The translations under genes and the position numbers were made by a program. The notes under the pieces are model-generated. The model made no database searches. It worked only from the letters and a program-made list of their open reading frames with translations, and was not told where the DNA came from. A stretch of DNA of 54,656 nucleotides, the filler included, from Sphacelaria rigidula (lineage: Eukaryota), in NCBI GenBank assembly GCA_964200075.2. It is 5 parts of 5 records of this genome, joined end to end, with 100 filler letters (N's around TTAATTAATTAA, not from the genome) between each part and the next. Parts side by side here need not be neighbours in the genome. Positions count along the whole stretch, not along the records: positions 21,906 to 32,756 come from CAXNAA020005797.1; positions 32,857 to 43,706 come from CAXNAA020005798.1; 3 more parts are not named here. One strand, 5' to 3'. Shown in pieces: positions 23,649 to 36,400 of this stretch (the first letter of the stretch is position 1; the number at the start of each line of letters is the position of its first letter).

Positions 23649-26059
23649 GAGTGTCATATGTAACTGACTGGGTCACTTTCGCTCATTTTCCGGGGTCGGA
23701 GTAGACACGGCGTTCCCCAACGAGTGCCGATGATATACGACAACTACCAGATGAAAAATCACGACGTGATATATTTCCATCTTCCAGGGTCGAATGGCAG
23801 ACGGTGGTCCCGAAGGACAGCCGGTGGTTCACGACGATTATTATGTGATGACCGGGTAAAATACCAGCGGTCATCTTTCTTGCCCTTGCCAGGCGCTCAC
23901 GGAATATGACGATTATACAGGAATGCTGATGGGGGATCGAGATAGAAATATGTAAAACTCAAGGAAATGGGCATGTTCATAGACGTGTTGAAGTGTCACG
24001 ACAAATCTGAAAGTACTTCCAAAAGAGTACAACAAACCCAGAGCGATAACCGCAACGTCCACCCAATCACAGGCACGCCGCGATCACCCACATTACTTCC
24101 ACCAAGAGCAAGCGCACTCAATGGCATCACCGCTCCTGCCCACAGAGTACTTTCTTCTTGAGAGAGAGAGGGAGAGAGAGAGAGTAGGGCATTCTCATGA
24201 AAAAATAGTTTATACAAGTACCAAACCTGGGGCGGTTAGTGGCCCGCAAAATACTGTCCCTGATTTAGACCGGCCCGGTTTTCGAACGGATCATTCTTGC
24301 CTCAATTTTTAGAGTTGGACCTCATACTTTGGTGTGGACAACCAGTGAGCAATAGTAAACACAATGTATGCATGGTCTAGAAAAAACTGTTTTTTTTTCA
24401 GGAGTTGAAGACAATAATAGTCAGGTATCAGGTTTCAGTAAAATACCGTTAACTCATTGAGAACAAAAAGCTTTGGGTCGATGCATACGTTTTTTTATCA
24501 TGGCCTTTTATTGTCCGTGCCAAGCTTTAAGGTCCAACTCCAAAATTTTAGCTGAAAATGGGCCCGCAAACTACAACTCCGCTTCTGGGCTGGCCCGGCT
24601 CGTGTCGAGCACCACATCCACCAACCTAGCATAGAGCGACCACAATTTTTTTCAAATCGATTACAATCGGAGCATAATATCCACAAAGTGAGCACCGCTT
24701 TTGGTGAGATTACGAGCATAAAAAGACGGCTACACGAGGATGATTGGGAGAACCCTACATCACGCGGTGGCATGGGAAGTTTCGTTGATCCAAAAATAAC
24801 GATGCCAACAAACGCCTGGCCTACCAAATGATATACCTTCCATGCTGAAAACACCCAACGTCACACTGCCGACCAATTCTTCCCACCGTTGTCTTACCCC
24901 GATCAGACATTTGGTAGTGACCAAATCTGCCGCCGTGAACGATCCCGTGCATATCCTGCATCGCTCCTGCAATGCGGTAAACTTCGATTGATCTATTTTA
25001 ATGTTGTACGCCGGCAACCCAGCTGGTTTTCGTGGTGGAAACTGGACTGCCGCCATGAGGTTGAGAGAGTCCCGATTATTATTCCGGAATGTTTCCGGCC
25101 GCTCCTGCAGAAAAACTCAGACTGATCGCTTCCCCGCCTGTGCACACGGCCTCTGGGTAAGTAAAAGTTGACTTCGATTCTATAACATTCATTGCCACGG
25201 TTGATTTCAGAGTTTTCGGTATGTGTGTAAAGTATCCACCGCCATCTCCTTCGGCCGTATATTCCACTTGGAAATTAATTTAAACCTAACACCGATATAT
25301 TTCATACATCTGTATTCAAACGGAAACACTCAGACGCCGAAACACGGGGATCAGCGACACGGGACGAAATTGCACATGATCCATGACGGATCCACCTTTG
25401 GCATTCGCAAAACTTGCAGATGCTCTTGTCGTGTCGGCAGCACTTGACTTTGAGGCCACAGTGACAATTCTTACAGCAACGGCTGCAAGCCCATCACCCG
25501 CATTTGTAGTTGCCAAGGCATAATTTCCTTCGTGTTTCCATCACGAATATTACGGGGTTATGTCCTCACGGTGGTATTTAGGGCGGTGTATATATAAAGC
25601 TGCTGCTTCGCTGCGCCTGCCCTGATCGCCTCTACAGGGGATACGCCGCGAAGTAGTCGCTCGACCACCTCCCGTCGGCGCTCGTCTGAATAGGTCGCCG
25701 CCATCTGCAAGCGGCGCCCGCACAGCAATCCCTTTTTGACCGCCCCCCGCTGACGCTCGACCGAACGAGTCTTCGCTAATTATCACCGGCGCCTGCCCAA
25801 CCACACCTCGGTCGCGTCCCGCCAGCGCTGGCCCGAATGAATCTACACCGCCTACCAACGGCGCCGACCCAACACCTACTCCAGCGCCTCCTGCAGGCGG
25901 TCGCCAAGACGAGTCTCCACCGTCTGCCGCCGACGCACCCCTGCTCCTTTGTCGGGGTAATGTATCTCGACGAGGAGCCGGTTTTGCCGTCCCGGCAGAC
26001 CACCCACCGTGTACGGATACTTCTATTATAGCTGTGTTGGCACGACGGCTGCAGCTTAA

Positions 26060-26162
26060 CCCTTAGACGGCGAGGTTTGTCTTCTGTTGAATCGACATCA
26101 ATTTCAAGTGAAAAAAAGTATGCATGATCCAGAAAGACTAATATAATATCGCGGTCCAAGGG
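26060..26162. mobile_element. Tiny (103 bp) piggyBac-like MITE, TSD TTAA
   Basis: TTAA|CCCTTAGACGGCG ... CGCGGTCCAAGGG|TTAA (11/13 TIR match). Confidence 0.75.
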
Positions 26163-26442
26163 TTAAGCAGCCGTGTGCGACGAAAATGGCCACGACCTTG
26201 CAGCTGCACAAGCAAGTGCGGCCGCCAGCTGCCGAGTCGGTGGAAGGGTTCTTGTTTCCGAGGACGCACATGAGCGATCAATCGCGCTATGTGCAGCGGA
26301 AGCACAGTTGGTGCTGCTCATGGTTACTCGCTAGGTCAGCTCGGAACCTACTACCCGCACCTACACCTGCACCTGCTCTGTGCCAACCTTCTACAGATCC
26401 AGCTACCGGCCTGTGTAGCGCGGGCTGCGCAGAGGATATGAA

Positions 26443-26578
26443 ACGGCTATATCTTCGTGAAGCCGCGTACACTGTAATACAGTCTGCTGTCATGTGGTGC
26501 GGTGCTGCTGTGCTGTACATATCACAACGGTTGTATCTTCGTGAAGCCGCGTACACTATGATACAGTCTGTTGTCATA
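26443..26578 (+). repeat. Short direct duplication, 84-bp period
   Basis: tatcttcgtgaagccgcgtacact..atacagtctg occurs twice. Confidence 0.85.
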
Positions 26579-27820
26579 CGGTACGATACTGTACTTTGCA
26601 TATCATACTCCACGGTGGTTGCCGGTCGGTAATGATGTGCGGTCGGTTTCACAATCGAGTCTCTGTACACAGTATAATAAGAGCGTCAAAACGGTAAAGG
26701 CTACCACACCCGCCAAGAAAATGACCGTTCGTGTACAGAACAATTTCAAAAAATCTGTGAAGCCATACAGGGGTACACACGAATCTGAGTTTCACAAATC
26801 TAGGTCCCCCCGATTTGGCACAGATTCGGGTCCCACCAGATTCGGGATTGCCTGCCATATAAAGGGGTCTTACACACTCTGTCTCTGGAGGAACAGGTGA
26901 AAAAAACCCAGAAATCTCCGGTTGAACAGGTTCCGGTCAAAAACTTTCGGAAGCATGTTCACAGTGGTTCACCTACTCGTAGCGTTACGGAGAATCGCGC
27001 AATATCGAGATGCCCGGGAGGCGACCATTACAGCAGTCAGTTGACCCACAAGAAGATAGAAGACAGGCACTCTCGCGTCACTCACCGGGGGGGTGTCATC
27101 TATTTCGCGTCACTAACCCCGGGGATGAAATCAAGCTTTCCCCGCCCCCATTTTTTTTGTCGAAAATCACGAACCCATCAGTCATAAAGTAGTCCCCAGC
27201 CAGAAAACTGCCCATCAGTTCTCGACAGTCAATGGATGCAGTCTATTTTTCTACCACAGCACGGGCATAACCGTGGGAGTTGAAACGAGCCGTAGCGTGG
27301 TGTACCAACAGCTGTACTTCTCAATCTCTGAAAACTACGGAGGCGTTTGTGAGTCACACGGTCCGGAAAATGTCTTGGTCACTCTGCCCCCTCCCCCTGC
27401 TGCCCGCCACTTGGTTCACCACGAGGGTTATGACAAAGACCACCATTTGTCATATAACTTTGGTTCACCACTCATGCACTCATGCACTTGGTAGGCATGG
27501 ACAACTTTCCGATGTGGTGTTCGTCTGGACACCTGAATCCGGATCTTTGACGGATCCGACCTCAACACTTTCGGCTATTTATATACGAAGTATACAATGA
27601 CCGAGGGTGATGCGTGTTATGAATTAGTCGACGAAACTTTCACACAAGACACACGAGCCACTACCTACCTGAGTGCAGCACGTAATCATGGACCTGCACT
27701 GAACTTGCTCTCACGAAAAGCAGCAACTCTTGCGTTGGGTACTCGGAGCAAAAGAGCGCTGGGGGTGAGGGGACGCTGGAGTCGGATCATCGCAGCACCA
27801 GGTAAGGTACATGACGTCAC

Positions 27821-28136
27821 GACACACGCGGCCATTTGGCTACACCACGAAATGCCTCCGGAGGGATGCGCGGCCCTCCAGCGGGAAAACAAGCCTCCGG
27901 AGGCCTTCCATGCCTCTAGAGGAGACCAAACTCTACCGACCCGGAGGGCCGCGCACCCCTCCGGAGGATTTGGGGGTATGCTCGGCTCTCCGGAGGCAAG
28001 AATAAGCCTCCGGAGGCGTTCAACCCCTCTGGAGGGAACCAAAAAATCTCCTCTGGAGGCCGCGCACCCCTCTGGAGGGAACCAAAAGTGTACCCACCTG
28101 GAGGAAGTTTGGACGTGGCCAAATGACCGCGTGTTA
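27821..28136. mobile_element. TIR element filled with CCTCYGGAGG palindromes
   Basis: Ends acacgcggccatttggc / gccaaatgaccgcgtgt are flanked by gtcac on both sides; about 11 CCTCCGGAGG-like motifs lie inside. Confidence 0.65.
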
Positions 28137-29329
28137 GTCACGGGATGGCAGCATTCGCCGTCATCTCTACCTGCCTTGATGTAAAAGTACCCGGCGATAC
28201 ATGGCCGACACGTTGTCGACGCAGTTCCGGCTAATATCCCTGCTTATTGAATCGGTAATGAACCTGTCATGCGGTTCTGTTGACTGACGTTACTGAAAAA
28301 GCGTGATCTCACGTTGTCCTGCGATGTGTTCTTTACGCTAGATTCCCCTCGAAGGTTTTGCTGTTGAGATAGTGCCGGCCACTAGCGGCGAGGTTTCTCG
28401 GACAGATTTTATCTTCCCGGAAGGAGCGTTAGGGCAGCACAACAGACACAGTACAGAAGTACAGCGTGCATTTCCCCATTTCTCCGCATCACCCACCTGC
28501 CTGTACTACAGTACAACGCTGCCATTAAAACTACTTTCTGTACGTTGTGTGCTACTTTGCGTTGGGAAGGTACGTCACAAAAGCATTTACTCAACGCTGA
28601 CAAACATCTACTCCAAGCATCTATAAGCTCAAAGGTCTGAAGCGAGCGGTTATGGTCGATACTTTCAGCTCCCTCCCGTACTACTCGTACAAGTAGTCTG
28701 TGTGGAGGTCTCTTTGTAGCAGTGCTGTCGGAGGACGCTGCCGTGCTACAAAAAAGTATCCCCGAAAAGAATTTTTTGGCGATCCAGGACTTATTTCCGT
28801 CGGAATACGGGGCTTCTTATATCCCCGTCGAAAAGACTCCGAGAGGATTCTAGCGCACTTTTAACTTTTACTATCCTTCATGACTTCAGATCAGACATGT
28901 GGGAACCCGACGTGAGAGTGGTACTTGTACGAGTAGTGATTGTGGGGGGTGATTTTTTTTGTTGGTTTCGATTGATCGGGAGTTGATGCCAGTATCATCT
29001 CCCCCGAAATCACTCTCATGAAAATGAAATTCCAAATGATTTATGTTCGTGAGAGCTGTCGAACGAGTCACTACTCGTCGAAACGAGTGCACTTGCGGAT
29101 GTTCTTTGAAAGCACAACGAGCATGACTCGTGTGCTCGACGAGTCCTCGCTTTTTTTTTACAACGAGCAATGACTCGAGTGCTCGCCCTATAATTTTTTT
29201 TTTCCAAAACGAGCAAGGACTCGAGTGCTCGCCCTGGTAATTTTTTTCCACACCGAGCAAGGACTCGAGTGCTCGCCCAGTTGCTTTTTTCCACGACGAG
29301 CAATGATTGGAGTGCTCGCCCTCCTAAAA

Positions 29330-30456
29330 CCCTGTTTGGACCGACCCCCCACTAACACGGGGTTGACTATGTGTTCGTGAAATGACAAAAATAAGTCAGG
29401 AAGCGACCTGCCCAATCACACCGAGGCGAAATTTATCGACTAGACCCAACCGACCAGCGCGGGGACTGTTGCCTAGTGTGATTTGATGATTGATTGATTA
29501 TCTCACATTGCCGAGTGTGATATCACTGCAAAGATCGTGCGGGGGCGCCATCCCTGACCCAGATAAGCCCTCCAAGGTCTCCAAAGCCAGGATGCTCGGA
29601 GCATGGCTTATCGTATTACTTGCACTCAGGATACTGTAGCGTTCCCGGGGTTGAGTTTTCTTGGATCGCCAGCCTATACTCAAACGTAATAATTACACTA
29701 ACACGGGGTGGAGTGGGAAAATCGGGAAGGGGCCTACATGCCACAATGTGGTCATTTTCACGAGACACTAAACCCAGGTGGACCGTGGAAAGATAAAAGG
29801 AGCTACCGTCATGAAGTCTGTTTTATTCCTCCTTCTGCCGATGACTCGCAGAACACTTGATATGTATGTAGTGGGCGGGGATGAACAAGTTGCGTATAGG
29901 CAGCTCATCTCCGTCGCTGAGAACTGCCCAGAACGTGCAAGGGAGTATGCAGCGGCAGCTGCTGCTGCAGTCGGGGAGGCGTACTGCACTACTGTACTGT
30001 ACTGTATGTATATGCGCCGCAACGCCAATACCCTTCGAAGAGAATTTGTCGCATGCAACAAAGAGGGAAGGGTCTTGCTATTTACGTCAACGTTGACGTA
30101 ATCTGTTACATCCGTCAACGTTCAGCATCCGTCCCACAAGCCCCGCATGGACACAGCGACACATGGAAAACACTCACACAGTCTCTAGCTATCGTTCAAG
30201 CCATCGCACGGAGCAAACGGACCCTTAACGGATGAGATATATGCTTATGGCAGAGTGAGAACGTTGACGGATGTAACAGATTAGGTCAATGTTGACGTAA
30301 ATAGCAAGACCCAAGAGGGAAATGGCGGCCCACCCCGACCACAAAGGGCTGTGTGGCAAGGTAATAGGGACAGCATGCCACTGTTTCGTGCAGATGTTAG
30401 ACACGTCATTGCTAAGCAGCCTCATTGGTCGTTCTGGAGGCCTGGTCCCAAAGGGG
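29330..30456. mobile_element. piggyBac-like family A element, copy 2 (diverged ends, nested MITE inside)
   Basis: Colinear with 6249-7279 (gagcgacctgcccaatca-like, cactaaacccaggtggaccgtggaaaga, cccttcgaagagaatt); ends ccctgtttggacc / ggtcccaaagggg. Confidence 0.85.
30070..30312. mobile_element. Mutator (MULE)-like MITE, ~54-bp TIRs, 9-bp TSD AAGAGGGAA
   Basis: aagagggaa|gggtcttgctatttacgtcaacgttgacgtaatctgttacatccgtcaacgttc ... gaacgttgacggatgtaacagattaggtcaatgttgacgtaaatagcaagaccc|aagagggaa. The empty site is visible in copy 1 at ~6940-6950. Confidence 0.92.
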
Positions 30457-31289
30457 TTATTTTTTTCCACAACGAGCAATGACTCGAGTGCTCGCCCTAT
30501 TATTTTTTTTCCACAACGAGCAATGACTCGAGTGCTTGTCCTATTAGTTTGTTTCCACAACAAGCAATGATTCGAGTGCTCTCCCTACTAGTTGTTTCCA
30601 CAACCAGTAATGACTCGAGTACTCGCCCTATTATTTTGTTCCCACAACGAGCAATGACTCGAGTGCTCGCTCTACTAATTTTTAGGGTCAACGAGCAGCC
30701 CAACGAGTGCGAGTGCCACTAGTCACACTCGTGCTCGTCCGACGTGTGGAACATTTGCGTGAGGAGTCGAAGAGGAACGTTCAAGGGAAACCTTCGAAAA
30801 ATTCAAAAATAGAAGCTAAAAAGATGTTCCGTGGGGTTACCAAGCCCCCCCATCCCCCCGAAAGAAAAGCACCTCCCATCCGGGAGGGTAGTGACTTTAA
30901 AACTGAACCCTCGAGGCCCGCAAAGGGGTTCTCGGTCTGTGCCAGACTCTCAGTCCCACTAGGGATCCAAATTTCGCTGTTGATACGGTATTCAAATCGA
31001 TCAACTGAGCAATGGTGCCATATAGGCAAACACGCCTTCACGCCTGGCAACCACAGCTAAAGTTCCGACGCGTTTTGCTCGCTGTGACGCTGCGAACCCA
31101 CAACAGCAGCACCACTGGTAAAGCACTCCCGATTGAAGAGAGCAATAAGTGAGCATGACACACCCACCAGAGTGCAGCAGCCACAGTGCCCCCGTGCTCG
31201 CTAGAGATACCGCAGTGTAGGTCTATGACGTAGCAGCTGCAATCGATCGAGAAAATGAGAGGCGGCGTTTCCGAAGGTACTGCTTACTC

Positions 31290-32110
31290 ACAAAGTCCTT
31301 GTAGCATACCTGTCGCTATTGGATTGCTGTGTGCTGCACACCTCGGCAGAAACAATACAGACTCTATAGAGAAAAGAAACAAACTCTGCGGAGTTTGCTC
31401 AGCGACGAGTCCGGTCGGCAATCGCGGTTGTCATTCTTGGAAGTACTGTAGAACGCCGTACGACCGAAGTAATACCCGTACTGTAGATCTCGGTTTATAA
31501 CATCCTGATCACAACCTCCTAGTAGCGTACCTGTTGGTATTAGATCACGATGTGCAGCCCTTGGCGACAAAAAATGTTTGGCGGCAATGTTGCAGACTGC
31601 AGTAGAGTTTGCTCAGCGAGGTGCACAACCGGGACCGCGGTTTCCATTTTCTCAAACTACTGTAGCACAGTGTTACAAATGACATCTTCAAAGCCGTAGA
31701 TCTCGGTGTACACTGTAGTGCGTGAGAGGACCGCGTGCTTAGAGGACCGCATCGGAATTTGAACATCCCTATGGTTAGGGTTAGGGTTAGGGTTAGGGTC
31801 AGGGGCGTGGTACCTGCAGGGACTGACCCGATTGGTTCTGAGAAACGTCGATCCTGAGGTATTTTGAACTACGGCGCGGTCCTCTAAGCACGCGGTCCTC
31901 TCACGCATTACAAACACCATCCCCTTGTCACAAATTCCTAGTATAATAGTATCCTTGTAGATATTAGGTTGCGGGTTGCAGCCGTTGGCAACTCCAATAC
32001 ACCTTGGCAGAAACAAAACAGACTCAGCAGAGTTTGCCCAGCGATGTGGCTGGCCGGCAATCATGGTTGTCATCATCGACACACTGTTCCACACAGTACA
32101 GTATAACCGA
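31290..32110. repeat. Old degenerate tandem repeat (~215-225 bp, about 3 units)
   Basis: gagtttgcycagcga at ~31391, ~31605 and ~32030 (the last shifted by the MITE); gtagatctcggt twice; ggcagaaacaa..cagactc twice. Confidence 0.6.
31713..31912. mobile_element. Telomere-repeat-bearing MITE, copy 2 (opposite orientation to 21566-21776)
   Basis: Same TIRs; (TTAGGG)4 at 31775-31798. Confidence 0.85.
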
Positions 32111-32536
32111 AAACTGTAAAACCGGTGGCTGTCGATAAATACCACCCTCGATGGCATAAAAAGAGAGGCCGTTGTACTGTCCAAGGGGCTCCTTCATGTT
32201 TGTGGATTGATCGATAGCCCTCGAACGACACAACGTGTTGTTGTTCTTGTTGTTGCTTTTATCTGCGCAGTACTCGACACGGGGTATCTGATGTGGACGC
32301 CTTCCGTGGTCACAGGCTAACTACCCAAAAACAGGTGAAATTGAAATAAAATAAGTGAAATGATCAAGAAAAAAATAACATGGATGCGATACAAAAATAG
32401 GAATGATTGAAAATAACACGCGGTAGGCTTTCGTCTGAACAAACATGAGGGAAGAAATGACACGGTCGTTGATTTTATAGGTACCGCTACGGCCCACCAG
32501 TTGCGGTTTTCGGAATTTATGGTTCGATAGTATCAA

Positions 32537-32756
32537 CCCTTTTGGGATAACCCTGTGTTAGTGGAATGATGAAAAATAAGTCTTCGAGCGACCTACCCAA
32601 TCACCGCGGGACAAACTTTATCGACCAGACCCGAACGACCAGCGCGGGGAACGTTGTCGGGTGTGATGCCACTGCAAAGATCGTGTGGGGCCCTATCCCT
32701 GGCCCAGATAAGCCTTCCCAGGTTTCCAAGTGCAGGGCGGTCGCAGCTTGGTTTTA
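32537..32756. mobile_element. piggyBac-like family A, left end truncated by contig end
   Basis: tcaa|cccttttggga followed by aatgatgaaaaataagtcttcgagcgacct, as in copy 1. Confidence 0.85.
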
Positions 32757-32856
32757 NNNNNNNNNNNNNNNNNNNNNNNNNNNNNNNNNNNNNNNNNNNN
32801 TTAATTAATTAANNNNNNNNNNNNNNNNNNNNNNNNNNNNNNNNNNNNNNNNNNNN
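32757..32856. other. Artificial contig spacer
   Basis: 44 N + TTAATTAATTAA + 44 N. Confidence 0.97.
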
Positions 32857-33457
32857 GGGGTGCACTGTAACATTTCGGACGAGTCTGCGGTCTTGCTGAC
32901 GTACGAGGATGTAGTCCAGGCGCCAGCGGTGTTCGACCTTCGGCCCCGCATATGTGTACGCGGTCGAGCTTTCCACGCGAATTAATTTGCGAAAAAATGT
33001 GTTTGTGATGGCCATTCTATTTTCCGCGGCGCATTTTAGGAGGCGCCTACCACTATCGTTCCGGGTGTCTCTGCCATACTCTCCCAACACCCGAGCGTCA
33101 TCCATGCCTCCTACTTCTCTCCTTCCGGTACGAGCATTGTCATCCATCATTAGTACTAGGTGCTCGCTGGTGGGCACTTCAGCGATGGAGCTACCGAGAG
33201 TTTTCCAGAACGTGGTCTTATCAGCACCTTGTGCTGTTTCAGTAGGAGCATACCCTACAATGAAGGTTGTGGCAACTCTATGCCGGGAAGCTACTCGTAC
33301 CTTCAGGAACCTGGCACTCACGTGTTCGGGAGTGATGGCATCTGGACCCAGTGTGTTGGCAATAGACTCCTTGATGGCAAGGCCGACTCCGAGAATTCCC
33401 GGTTTCCCCCCATCTCCATGGCAGTGGCCGCTGCAGTGAACTACGTAGCCCGCTGTC
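32857..33457 (-). mobile_element. RTE-type LINE, APE-like endonuclease domain (partial)
   Basis: Open frame GYVVHCSG..GVGLAIK..SARFLKVR..VGYAPT..MMDDNARTG..NDSGRRLL..ITNTFF..RLDYILV carries the canonical APE motifs (YAPT, GDFNA-like, NTFF, LDY). Confidence 0.9.
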
Positions 33458-36400
33458 GGTGCATGGAAGGTTGTTCGTTCATCGCGACGGGTTTTGGTAT
33501 ATGATTACCTTGATCCATACTGGCGAGTGAAATACCCCTACGGTGAGTGGTTGGAGTTCAGGAGGAGGGAAATGCGTAAATTATCACTTTCGAAGTAAGT
33601 GATACCTAACACACCCCGTCACTGAATCTACGCCATCAGACGCGTATCCTCCCGAGTGAGTGCCCCACAGGTGAAGAACCCAACGCAGGGTTGAACAAGG
33701 GGGAACGAGCACTCAAGCTCGGATACGCTATCAAAGGTGAGAAAGTTTCCCGGTCCCATGGGTGCAGCCGAAAACTGGGTGCAGCCGACTTTGGGTGCAG
33801 CCGAAACGGGCCTCTATCCCGTATTTTCAACCATAGAGGTGTGAGTGGCGTTTCCTCCTTCCGTTTCACACGGCCTTCGATCGATTGCGCTGGTCTCTAC
33901 TCAATAAGTGATGCCTGGTGAAACACTTGGCAAAACGATTGAGGGGGGATGTCACAGGGTAGATAATAACCCTGTATAGTAGACTATAGAGCAATTGGAT
34001 CATGGCTACACCTTCTTCAGTCTAATGATGAATTGGGGGAAATATACCGTGTGACTTCGTCCCCTACCGGGTCACAAGTTAAAACACGAGAAAGCAAAGA
34101 CCAATTCTGAAGGCGCACTGATAATCGTCTCCCGACTATTGTATTGCACTTCACATTTGCTGACTGCTGCTAACAACGTCCATCATCCGCCAAGGATCGG
34201 CCCACATGCTGAGCAAGGTGGCTGCGCACATCTTCACTTCTGCATCTGGGCTAAGGCATGCAAGATCTAACCACTGTTAAGTGGTTCCTACCGTAGGTTT
34301 GACCGTATCGGAGTGAAAGTGTCACGGTCATTAGGTGGTCAGCGAAGTCTGGTGTAAAACGTATCCCCGAGTGGTAGAGATCTCTGCGCGTCTAACACAG
34401 GTACATCTTTGCGTCTGCGATATAATCAACTCTACTCCAAATGCCGCATGTCGTCTAGAGTCATTCGGTATAAAATACAACCAGGGAGCTTGACTCACGA
34501 GTTGTTCCCTGGTGACTTGACCGCCCGAAGCAAGCAGCACATGGATATGTACCTGGATGTGTCAACCCTCGAAGATATGATTGATTAGCTCCATGCACTA
34601 CACCGACATAACAAGTGGGACGACGCGGTCTCCTGTCAAAAGAACTGCTATCCGACCTCAAGACAGTCCTGACTCGAGTCATTGCTCAAAATTTAGATGC
34701 TCTTCAACTCTCAATTCCACATCATAATCAAATAGCGGCCACTATAGTACGTACTTGTCAGCCGTTATCAAAACGACAGCGACCAATACGAACGTCCAGC
34801 CTGAATAAAGGTCGTATATTCGTCAAAGATATACACTTATTGTATCCGTCAGTCCCCATCACATTACATATGCCTCTCATGGACTCGCAGACTATGGCAA
34901 GAGGCGAGAGTGCTTCATCCATACCTTCTCCCGCACCACAAAACGTGTACACCAATAATCCTAAGCGTTGAAGAAATTGGGCACAAGAGGGTGCACGGTC
35001 CTCAGTCAAGACAGATGCTAAAGTACTGCACGTGAAGGCAATGCCATGACCAGTCGATCGTACGAAATTAGCTCGGAGGATCCGAGAAAAAGCGCACGGA
35101 AAAAATGAGATGCCTGGTTTCTTTCGGCACGTAGGACGAGAAGGTCCAACCAACACACAAAGACAAAAGAGAAATACACACAAAAAAAACAGAAAAGAAG
35201 ATGGATCTGAGATACAAAATGTAGTGTCCTCAAAAGCCGCGAGTTTTTCAGGGAATCATAGAAATGAAAAACGCCAGAAAAGTCAGAAACAAAATCGAAC
35301 CGTTGTACAAAAAAAATATAGTCCTGAAATGCCGTGAGTATATCAGAAGGGATCATGGGAAATCAGAGACCAAGCAGCAAAACAATCATCATACACTGCC
35401 ATAACTATATCATATGTAGAAAAAGTTACGCTGTTCCTGCTTTTCCGGCTTTTTCTGTTTCATCGGTTGAAACAAGCAAGCAAGCCCGCAAGGCATTATA
35501 TCACTGAAATAACCAGTTTATGCCAATCACCGTCTCAGTCAATCGGCAAAATCAACAACGTACAGCTGTTTCGTCGGAACGTTTCCCACGAGAACTATGC
35601 GATGAAACAAAAAGAAAGGAAGTACGCATGATACGGACAATCAACCCGGTTGACGTCAGTTAATTATCGGTACATGTGTGTGAGAGCAACGACCTGCTAA
35701 GGACGTCTGGGTGATGATCCAGTCGTACAGCATTTTGTTTTTTCCTCACACGACGAGACACGAAAACAACCGCCGGTTTCTGAGATCGGGTATTCGTACA
35801 CGTCAAAAGGAACGTAATTGAGTCAATACACAACCTTCGGGGATACTACGTAGTTCCGAGGCGGATCGCCCAACACATTTCTGAACCACGACAAAAACAC
35901 GGGACAGGGAGGACCAACGCAGTCCACCACTTACGATATTTGTCCGTTCGGACTGAAACGAGACTGGTTCGAACACAAACTGGAGTAGAAACCACAGCCG
36001 GTCGTACCGTCACACTTACTTCGTCCAATAATCCCTGATAAAAACAAAACACCGCCCACCGATTTCATGGGCGGGTAACCGTACGCAAAAAACTGGTGTA
36101 AGCAGTGACATGAAAATACCGAGTGGCGGACTCTGAGCTTGTAGGCTGTACCAATGGTCGAATATCGACATGGTGGAACGGTCTGTTCCGGAAGAGTAAT
36201 CCATCCTATCATGATACGTAATGGTCCTGTATGAGGAGACGTTTGCAACTAAATATTCCACTACTGTAACGACAATTCCTCAACATCGTTATGTACGACG
36301 CGGCCAGTGGTGACCTCGTTAACTTACCAATCACCACAGTATAAACCATCTGTTGCGTCGCATCACACGTGACCCTTCATATAAACGAGATCGGCCGCGT

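Larger units (their letters stand above)
29114..30700 (+). repeat. ~44-bp minisatellite (about 10 units) split by a family A insertion
   Basis: Core acaacgagcaatgactcgagtgctcgccct plus a T-rich linker; 5 units at 29114-29322 and 5 more at 30469, 30513, 30557, 30600 and 30644. Confidence 0.9.

Noticed and set aside
24400-25520. Fragmentary minus-strand protein-like frames
   Set aside because: Short, broken and without recognisable motifs.
27850-28105. CCTCCGGAGG array as a CRISPR
   Set aside because: The repeat is only 10 bp, spacers are irregular and recurring, and the array is bounded by TIRs.
29114-30700. CRISPR-like look of the ~30-bp hairpin repeats
   Set aside because: Linkers are only ~14 nt, T-rich and similar to each other; there are no cas genes and the context is eukaryotic. 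It is a minisatellite.
31775-31798. (TTAGGG)4 as a chromosome end
   Set aside because: It is internal to a MITE in mid-contig.
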